This document shows positions 23,438-33,200 of a stretch of DNA of 64,000 bases, one piece after another. The DNA comes from Selaginella moellendorffii (taxonomy: Eukaryota > Plantae > Lycopodiophyta). The notes beneath the pieces are model-generated. The model saw only the letters and a list, made by a program, of their open reading frames with translations. It had not been told where the DNA came from and searched no databases. Each line of letters opens with the position of its first letter. The stretch's first letter is position 1. A program made the translations under genes and the position numbers. The stretch lies in NCBI RefSeq assembly GCF_000143415.4, contig NW_003314336.1, positions 51,296-115,295 of the forward strand. The letters run 5' to 3'.

Positions 23438-26400
23438 ATGGTAAGTCTTTTAGGCCAAGTAGAAAATGGCATGAGGCCACATGCCATTCAGTAGCAACAT
23501 TGGCATGCACCGATTGGGCTCTCGAGTGCAGTCCGGTTATAGATGGCGTGTAGCCTCACGCCATCTTAGGATGCAGCCTCAAGACATCTGATGCAGTGGT
23601 GAATGGCGTGTGGCCTCACGTTATTTCCAGCTGCTAGCTTTTCATCTGTCAGCTCTAATTGTTGTGCATTTCTGAACAGGCGAGGAATTGCGTTCTTCTT
23701 CCAGCCACTGTCAATGTGGATGCAGAGAAGGGGGAGGAGCTCACCAATTGGACTTTCGGGATGGAAGGCGAGGATCTGATGCTGTACAACACAGATGGTG
23801 GGAGAAAAGAATGCATGGGGATCCTCATCCAAGTGACAGACACTCCATGCAGTTCCATGCAAGAATATGGACTGGCACTTGTGGTAGAGACAGCGTCCGC
23901 CTTCAAGATCCACCTTGCACATCCTAGCGGCTTCCCGGAGGGGGGCAGCGGCTATGAGGAATTCCTAGAGGGAGCTAGGGAGAGGTTGTCCAGGAGGCCC
24001 ACAATTTCAAAGACGTTGCGGGTCTATGAAGATCACATGGAATCCACGGACCTCACCTACGGCGATGTTCAAAAACTATATTCCAACATTGAGCCGTTGA
24101 GAGTGCCTCCAGTTTGCGAAGCGAAGGGGAAGGGGGTCGATCTGGAAACTACCCCGAAGCAGAAAAGGGTGGTCAAGCTCAAGCCGACGTCCGACTCTGC
24201 TGCTCCAAAAAAGAAGCTACTCGGTGATGCCATTGCCTCGGGTTCGAACACTACACCCACCAAAAAGAAGAGCCGCAAAGAGCAGAAAGAGCAAGAAGAG
24301 GCAGCAAAAATTGTCGCAGATAATAGTACTTGTTACTATTCCAACAAAGTATATACAATCGACGTGAGCCGTATCGAGATCCAAAGCAAATACAACCACA
24401 GGCTAGTATCTGATGAGTGGGTGGAAAAACTGAAGCAGAAGATGCTGGCAAGTCCAGTAACACCCGACATCGCAGACGTGATCCCCTACTACCGAACAAT
24501 GAAGGGCGAGACGAGGTTTCCAGACTTGATCAATAGGAAGGTGTTGGACGATCAGAACATCCGGTTCTATGCCGTCTCCGGGCAGCATTCTAGCTTGGCG
24601 ATGCAATAGATAGTTGTGGATATTATGGTGGGCGAGGAGGTGAAGAAAGTCTTCAAGACAAGAGTTGTCCGCCTGATAAAAGGCAACTCGCCCCTCCGAT
24701 CTATCATATACATCTCCCACGCGCAGAATGTCAAGCAAGAAACGTGCTACAAATCGGGTCTGCACGAGACATTGGCACGAACACGGAAGCTCTGGGTTCA
24801 ACTGAAGAAGCCACAAAAACCAGGACAAGGACGTGCACTAGCAACTAGCGCCTGGCAGGTAAGCCTCGTTGCATGTGGCCTCACGCCATTTCCATTGCAG
24901 GAATTCTCGAGTCTTCTCTCGAAAACACTGGGGGTCAATGACACACTCAGCATCCATAACATTCTACTCGCGACAAAAGTTGTTTTTGACAAATGGGTAG
25001 ATGTGCTAAGGAGGTACCATGACGGGGAGTTGCTAAACTCAATGGGTGTGGAGGACGGCCGGAAGCCCAATGATTTGAAGCTCAACGCCTTGCGTTTCTC
25101 GCGGTCTCTAGACGACGACGACCTTCTGACAGTGGCTAATGCTCTTCTACATGGTGAGGTAGTCTTCAACAAGACCAAAATGACTCCCGGCCATATTGTG
25201 ACATACGAGGACTTGTGCACGACTCTGAGAGCTCGTGCGCTATTGAAGGATTGGATCTTCGAGCAAGTGGCCATGGCGAGGGTGAGCATCGACACCACGC
25301 AAGAGATGATGGAAGAGCTGGACTTGTCAAATGAAGACATCGACGAGTACGTGAAGGGTGCCCCCAAGTTCATCGATCTGCTGCGGGATGCCACGAAAAG
25401 TAAAGCTGAGAAGTTGGATCAGTATCCAAATTTCATTAAGAGGGATGTCGACCGCCGGCTTCAGAAACAGCTCAACCCCGCAGCAGAGGCCTATCGAGAA
25501 CCTTACCGGGTATACGTGAATTCGGATGAGGATCAAAGGTGGAGGAGCATCGTTTCCCGCGGAGATGAGCAGGTCAAGAACATCTTTTGTGTGATGGACT
25601 TCACAAACGAGGAGATCACTCATGCAGACGAAGTCAGCTCCATCATTGACTTAATGGTGGGACTTGCGGAGGTGGAATCTTCAATCCACTATATGATCTA
25701 CGACTCCGAATCCTATCACAAGTTCTGGAAGGCCTTGAACGAGGTGAAGGCTCGGTTGAAAGGCAAGGAGATGCGGGAGATCCATGGGATAATGGCTAAG
25801 AAGAAGATACCGACGAATGTCCGCATCTTCACAGTCGCCCTTGTTATTGGTCCTGCAGCAGAGTGGGACTGGAGTGACTTCCCAGCTTCGTTCAACAAAG
25901 CAGATCGAATTGATCTGAGGGAGGTCAATTTACCAGTGCCTGAGGAACTGAAGACGGCTATGGAGCTTTCGAATCCAAAGAAAGCTCCAGGTGCAGCATG
26001 GGAAATTGATTCGAAAAGGAAGAAGGGCAACGAAAAGATGATAGGTAATGCCTCGCGGTTATGGCGTGTGTGCTCATGCCATTCATTGCAGATCAAGGGC
26101 TAAGTGAAAGCAGCTAGTCACCACCTCCTGACTCAGATTCCTATGGCGGACTCCCCTTCCCCAATCTCAATGGAGAGGTACAATGGATGAGGGATGCTTT
26201 TCAAGTTAGGGCCATGTTTTTCTCATCTCGTCGTCTTCGAAGGGTGCAAGAACGTGCAGAAACCATGTTAAGACAGTCGGGTGAGGATACGGTCCTAGGT
26301 CACGCACTAAAACAGGCTATGGATGTCTTGTATTTTGAGATGGAGACTCGGCCAGATGATTTTTCCAAGATGGTCCTGGAAAAACAAGCAATCCAGCCTG

Positions 26401-28420
26401 AGCAGCCTATGGAAGAAATGCAAGAGGGGGATGAGGAGCCAGAGAAAGATAATGAGCAGGAAGAGCAGAAGAACGAAGAGGAGGACAAAGAAGAGGAGGA
26501 CGAAGAAGAGGAGGATGAAGAAGAGGAGGACGAAGAGGACTTGGATGGTCCTCACAATGGTGACGATCACAATAACGACGATGACGATGATGACGACGAT
26601 GGCCAGCCTGAGGTGGCCAAAGAGAAGCGGAGGAAGGTCATACAAGACAAACCATCAGGTAAATAATAGTACATCCATTCCTAACCTTTTACCATTTCTA
26701 ACATTGTCCATGTAGGTCGCAGAAGAAATGGTAAGTAGAGATTATTCAGTTGAATTAAGATACAAACTCTAGCCTTTAGTGTCGAGGAAGGATAGTGCCA
26801 AGCAAGGGTCGAAACGTATGTCCAATCCTTCAGAATCAGCAGTGCGCCCAAGTGATATCGGTCCTAGTTCCTCAATAGCAGTTGATGGTAAATACAGTAT
26901 AGTTGATTCAATGTGCTAATGAGTTTGTTTTTAGTAGCACGGGAGGATACCATCTCAATCGAAGGGAGATATTTGGACATGCATATGGATCCGCCAGTGG
27001 ACTCTACTTGCTTGCAAGAGTCATCAGAGCTGGTGGAGGCTACTATCCATATCAACGCCAAGCAAGCTGACCACGCTCCACTTGATGCTGCCCATACCAC
27101 TGAGTCAATCTTGTCCACGTATCCAACTGACGGTGACCAGGCGCCATTGGACCCGCATGAGGCCGCCCCAGCCGCCGAGCCGGTCGTATCCTCATTTCCA
27201 ACGTGTGCCCAATCGTCTGACTACGCGCCGTTGGAACCTCCCTACACCGCCCCTGCTGCCTGTTCGGTCATGTCCACTTTGCCAACGGAGGCACCAGCTG
27301 AAATGGCGTGTGATCACACGCCATCGGAACCACCCCATGCCACTGTTGAGCCAGTTGTACCAGAGTCTACAGCTGAAATGGCATGTGCCCACACGCCATC
27401 GGATGCGATTGACCCCACATTGCAGAGGAGAGTATTTCTGCCCTTCACGTTTCCTCGACCAAAACCCTCTAAACGACCATCGGGAGCACCATTCGCTAAT
27501 ATTGTAGATGGTAAAATTGACTTGTACCATTTTTTATGCTGACGCATTTCATTTCAGAGTCACGGCAAAAGTACTGTATCGTTTTTGATCTGAACGGTGT
27601 CCTTTTCTCCCATGAGCGTGGCTCGTCCTCGAATGTCACTGCACCCTCCAAAGCCTGCGGTCGCAAGTTGGTCAAAAGAGACAGATTCACATTAATCACA
27701 CGGGAGAAATTGCGGGATCTAATAATGACCATGCGACACTTAAAACAGAGGGCCGGGTTCAATTTGCAATTGGGAGTTTGGACATCCATGATGCGCCACA
27801 ATGCATTAACGTTGCTACAGATGATGCACAATCAGACGCGAGTAATATTACCATTTGACTTTCTCCTAACGCAGGAGGATTGCTTGACTATGGTCCATGT
27901 GAGGGGTAACAAGCCCATCTTCGTCAAGGCAGAGGCTGTAGTGATGAACCGGACTGCTAGGTCAAGTGAAATCCTCATCATCGATGACTCGCCGATTAAC
28001 ACTGCAGCGAACACGCACACATATGCAGTGCACCCCATCTCTTGCAGTATGGAAACTAGGGAGAAGAAACCGTATGTTCTGGGGGACCTTGCAAAACGGC
28101 TTGAAGCGATGGTGATAGAGAACCGGCCAGTCCAGGAGGTGGCTGCAGAAATCAACCAAATGGCAGATGGAACGGTATATCAGAAGCCATTTGATCAGAC
28201 AGACACCAGTCATCATTTATGGCATGTATATTGTCTAGCCAAGCACTATCCGCATCTCCATAATCTGCTCAACCGGATGGGTTCTTCGACCACTGAACAT
28301 GAGCGTGGACGTATTAGAGAAGAGATGGCATTACTATTGGGTTTAAATCCTGATAGTGTGGAGAGTGATGAAATTCCAAGATTATTATATAGGCGTTGGA
28401 GGCAAAAAATAACAGTCTGA
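23438..28420 (+). pseudogene. Transposon cargo gene, about 1480 aa: ParB/Srx-like region, helical and alpha/beta region, acidic tract, Pro-rich repeats, FCP1/NIF-type HAD phosphatase; 2 in-frame TAG stops
   Basis: ATG 23438-23440, then GT-AG introns at 23441-23679, 24859-24900, 26045-26091, 26659-26715, 26731-26779, 26888-26937 (or 26934) and 27511-27557. These join all the + ORFs in phase. Motifs: RLVSDEWVEKL...FYAVSGQHS and IVFDLNGVL, LGVWTS, LTQEDC, KPIFVK, LIIDDSP. Stops at 24607-24609 and 26115-26117. Confidence 0.75.
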
Positions 28421-28838
28421 GATGGCATGTATTTATTTAAAAATGTAACTTATTATGGCATGGGGTTCCATGCCATTGTATTAATATTAAAAGACAATTC
28501 TTTGAGAGGATTTGCATTATACTAGAAGTGTTACAGCATGTTATTGGAAGTCTACGAAGTTGTTTTATTAATAAGGGGAAAGTAAAGATTGAATGGGGAC
28601 TTGGGCTCCACCTAGACTCGGAGCAACTGAGCCAATATTAAAAGGATGGAAAGAAATTGGACGACGATGACAAGGAGAAGAGAGAGGTGAAGCAGTGGCA
28701 GGGGGAGGAGAAGTGATTGAGTAGACATTTCCTTGTTTAAAATAAAATGGCATGTGCCTCAATGCAGTTGAATTTTGTTATATTTATATACTATATAAAG
28801 GTTTGGAAACCTTATTTTACAAGTGGGATAATGACAAT

Positions 28839-28862
28839 TCCCACTTTAACGAAATAGAGCTT
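28839..28862 (-). repeat. Right TIR
   Basis: TCCCACTTTAACGAAATAGAGCTT. Confidence 0.9.
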
Positions 28863-30299
28863 CAATGGAAATGGGATGAGCATAACCTAAGCTAAAAGGC
28901 ATACAATTTGATTGTGTTAACCCAAATAGTGATAGAGGTGTGAAAGCACTAGCAATGAGTTGTAGGACTTGATAACTATGATAGAACTAAGCAAAAAGTG
29001 TGATATAATTGATTGGATTGGTGAAATTTAACTTCCCAAGACTTTTTGTTGAGATAAGGAGGTGCTATCTAACATCCCAGGTTGTGGAGACAGCAGAAGT
29101 CTATCTATCCAAATTGGACAAAGCTAAAAGGATTTTCGTAAGGCTAGTGATAGGCATACAAACGCCCATTAGTAGCAACATTAATCTCGATGTGTGGGAT
29201 TATAAAGTGAGCATATCCAAATTGAAAAACCACTCCTTAGGCTATTGGGTAGGTTCATCCTAAAGAATACTTACTAAGGTATAGTAAAAAGTGTAAAGTT
29301 ATCCTCCTAGCGTATAGGAGAATAACTAAAAGGAATGTATAAAGCCAAAAGTCAATAGTAAAGGGATAGAATTAAACTATAAGAATCAAAAGGCATAGCT
29401 AAGAGTGGTTATGCAAGTTAGAAGTGAAAAATCAAGTGAGTGCTTGAAGGTGTTATTATTGGCAATCGTGGTGCTATAGTGAGTCTAAAATATAGGCTTG
29501 CCCATATTAAACTATATGACAGTTAGGAAGCTAATAGAAAAAGTCTCTTTAATATTCCCAAGGACAATTCTGGGTAGGTTAGTACTTAGAAAGCCAAATG
29601 TAAATGGTTCATAATGATGTGCAAAACAAGTGGTGTATCAAAAGTGTCGTCTTGAAGCTTGTTATAAAGCAAGGCTATCAAGGTTGGGGAAATGGTTCAC
29701 TAATATTTAAGATTTTGGCTTTGAACAAAAGTCGATGGTTGAGGACTTTCATGCTTATATAAAGAACCATCTTATGTTGGTTGGGTGACTTACTGAGTTG
29801 GATTGGCAGGTCAGGGGAACAAAGACCCTAGTTAAAGGTGATGAGTTCAAAAGGGTGGCCCATGGGGCCAAACATGGAGGAGTCCATGCATGGTCATAGG
29901 TAGTTAACTAGCTTCTCAAGTAAGAGGATTTAGAAGTTTGGAGGAACAAGCTTTCTAAGTTGTGATCTGTAATGCGCATTGGATATAAGTTGTTGCACCA
30001 ACGTGGGGAGTCACACCAGGTATCCTTGGTTATACCATTTGTAAATGCATATGTAGAGGTTCGAGTCCTAACCCTTTAGTGCTTGGGTTAGAGTCCCAAC
30101 TCACTAGGGCATAGTGATGGTTTGGAATATGAGAACACTCAGTTTTTGGTGATTATGGACTCTTAGTAAAGAGGCTGGCTTTGGCACACCACCAAACGGG
30201 GGATGCCATGGAGTCATGATGCATGGTTAGATTGCTTAGTGTGAAAGTTTGGCATATCTAATTTGAATACTTTGGTGCAAGTGGCACTAAGAATATGGT

Positions 30300-33200
30300 T
30301 GTGAGACACAAATCCCTAAGCCTCAAAGTGGAGCCGAAAGGGCGCTACATGGTGGTGGCTGAAGCAAAAGCCAAACGAGCATAACACATTTAGACTAAAA
30401 GCTCTGACTTAAAAGGTCGAGAGTGAGAGTGGAACTTCCAACAAGGTGCTTGAGGAATAAGCATGAAGCGAGTAATAAGTGAGTTTCTAGAAAAGGGACA
30501 CAAGAAACACATGACATGTAAAAGTGTTTGAGATGGACCCAAGATTGAGTCTGAGATGGACCTGAGATGGAGTCCGAGATGGACTTGAGATGGAGTTCTA
30601 GATGGAGTCCAAGATGGACCTGAGATGGACCCGAGATGGAGTCCGAGATAGATTTGAGATGGAGTCCAAGATGGAGTCCAAGATGGACCCGAGATGAACC
30701 CGAGATGGAGTCCAAGATGGAGTCCGAGATGGAGTTTGAGATGTACTCGAGATGGAGTCCGAGGTGGACCCGAGATGGAGTCCCAGATGGACCTGAGATG
30801 GAATCCGAGATGGAGTCCGAGATGGAACTGAGACCGAGATCGAGATCGAGACTGAGTCCGAGTCTGAGCCAAGATCAAGACCGAATCCGAGTTCGAGTCC
30901 AAGTCTGAAAAGTATAGTAGGGAGAGTGTGGGGGTTGGAGCCCAGTGGAGCCATTTGGCTAGGAAAGACCAGTTTGGCCCAGGAAGGCTGTGCCCAGGTG
31001 TTGGGTGATGAGGTGACCATTGGAAAGTCTAAGACTAGAGTGAATATGGACCGACAAGCAAGGTAACTTGGTGAAGTGTTCAAAAGTCAACTCTAGTTCT
31101 CCCGGGAGATCAAATGGTTGATGCTCCTAGTCCAAGTGTGGGTGGCACAACCTACTTGAATACCTAGTGTGGCTCAATAGAACCTTGCTCTAAGCCCATG
31201 GCTAGAGCACCAAAAGGTGGAAGGCGGGGAGAGTACCCACGAGGCTTGCATGGGGCCATGGTGTTCCAAAATGTTGTCCAAAAGTCCTAGACTGTGGAAA
31301 GGAAGAGGAGCAATCCTCTGGTGCAATGATCAAAGATACAGTCAAGTGGTGAGGAAGTCCTAGAGGACCGTGGGACTTAGTGGTCGGGCCTGTGGGCCTC
31401 GATCCAGTGGCAGTGTTGGCGAACACGGCCATGGGCAGAAAAGGACTTGGTGAAGACCGGAAAAGGGATATTGGGGAAGGCTATTCCCCATGTCTGTGGG
31501 CATCCTAAGGATGCTAAGGAGTGGATCTGGAATGATCACTCATGGACGGATGGCCCAGTCCTTGAGAGATGGGACTGTGATGCAGGTGGTGTTAGACCAC
31601 CAGTGTGACCAACGTGAAGGGGCATGGCCTTAGCATAACAGGCTAATATGTTAGTGGTACCTTAGGGTATCGGTCACAAGGTCGGATACATAGAGCACTT
31701 TGACCAAGTGCAAAGGTTGAGTGGCATGGATGCCATTCTCAGGGATAGCAAGCCCCAAGTCCGAAATAGGACTTATGGAGGTTGTGAGTGAGACTCCTCC
31801 AAGTGGTCAGAGGTGTGGGTAAGTGACTAAAGTAGAACGGAAAAATTAGTCGCTTACAATTTAGTATCAGAAATGTTCCTTAGTTTGACTTTTATTGGTT
31901 CTCAAATTATATCACCACTTGTGTTGGTATCGGAAGGTCCTAGGAGTGGGCCTATTCTTGACGAGTAGCATGTTAGGAGGACATGACTCTCCACTATAGT
32001 TTATATGTGAACTTGTAGGTGAGGTGGTGGATAGAAAAGAGCCAATAAGGGAACAACTTTGGGATCTTGGGAATAGTATAAGGTTTTCCTCATAGAGTTA
32101 AGGATGTGATCCAAATGAGCGTTTGACTTAACAAACTAGCTGATGTAATTGTGGTAAACAACTATAGTTGGGATCTTGGGAAAAATAGGAACTCCAAAAC
32201 AATAAAGGAGTCACAAGATTATCCTCATAAAGTTGAGGTTGGTGCTCATGAATTTGAGACCAAAATTAATGACTGTGGGAGGTCAAATACGGAAGAGGAC
32301 ACAAGTCTTTGAAATAGTAGCCGGAGCTGCCCTTAATAAATGTTAGAACAACCCAAGGGATTGCGGGTGCATTTAGAGGATGAGTGGACAAATACTCCTA
32401 AGATGCGAAGGTAGCCCATATGGAATAAAGAATAATCAAGTGTCGAAGTAACATTTGCAAGAATGGTCCTTATAAGTAGGACATGAATACAAGAAGTTGT
32501 ATTCTAACGAGTTGACACCTCGAAAATGGGAACTTATAGGTCGTCGGATTAGTAAGTCCAAAAGCTAGATGACTCAAGTGGAGTCAAAGAATGGTCCTAG
32601 AGGTAGTTGGACTAAGGTGTGTTGTGCCCCATGAAAGATGGGGAGGATCATAAAATCCAAGTATGAGAAGTGGGGTTTTCATTGATGGCAAAATGTGCCA
32701 TATTGAAGTTGTGGGAAAGGTGTTCCCAGAAGAAAATAACTTTGATACAAAGTTGTGTGTAAACTCTATGGTGTAGTGCTAACAGATAGTTGGCATGAGA
32801 AAGAACTGTATTGGTCTTGGCAAAGATCTAGACATAAGTAAAAAGTGTCATAAAAGTAAGCTTGTGGAGGCGATGGTGTGGAGACACTAAATGTGCCAAG
32901 GTATGATGTTTTGAGGTCAAGTTGGCGGGTTCATGAGAACCCCTTCCCAAAGGAATCCTTATGAAAATGGGAATGGCATAACCTAAGTTGGAAGGCATGC
33001 ATAGTTGTCAAGTCTTACAACTCATTTCTAGTGCTTCCACACCTCCATCATTATTTGGGTTACCACACTCCAATTGAGGCAACTAAGCAAAAAGTGCAAA
33101 ATAACTAATTAAACTAGTAGAAGGTAACTACCCAAGACCTCTTATTAGAATAAGGAAGTTGGACATACCCTTATGAGAGGATAAATTGCTTATGTTACGA

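Larger units (their letters stand above)
15853..28768. promoter_or_regulatory. Dispersed 22-bp palindromes ATGGCRTG-N6-CAYGCCAT (about 27 copies, putative protein-binding sites)
   Basis: Copies start at 15853, 16169, 16259, 16857, 17017, 17163, 18505, 18562, 20459, 20629, 20727, 21342, 21378, 21450, 22314, 22393, 22552, 22687, 23466, 23543, 23603, 24868, 26061, 27303, 27378, 28455 and 28747 (some degenerate). The motif is seen directly; its function is inferred. Confidence 0.85.
15627..28862. mobile_element. 13.2-kb TIR DNA transposon, Sola-like (probably Sola1), with a cargo gene
   Basis: TIR GCTCTATTTCGTTAAAGTGGGA at 15629-15650 has a perfect inverse at 28839-28860. It extends by 2 nt (AA/TT) when judged against copy 2. 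TSD CAAT at 15623-15626 and 28863-28866. The flanks rejoin family A internal sequence (empty sites near 32950 and 43530). Confidence 0.9.

Noticed and set aside
27536-28420. Stand-alone host FCP1-like gene
   Set aside because: It lies inside the TIRs, and an in-phase intron (27511-27557) links it to the upstream exons.
15853-28768. Palindromes read as a CRISPR array or attC cassettes
   Set aside because: Spacing is irregular (36 bp to about 1.9 kb), sites lie within introns and CDS, there is no cas or integron integrase gene, and the context is eukaryotic.
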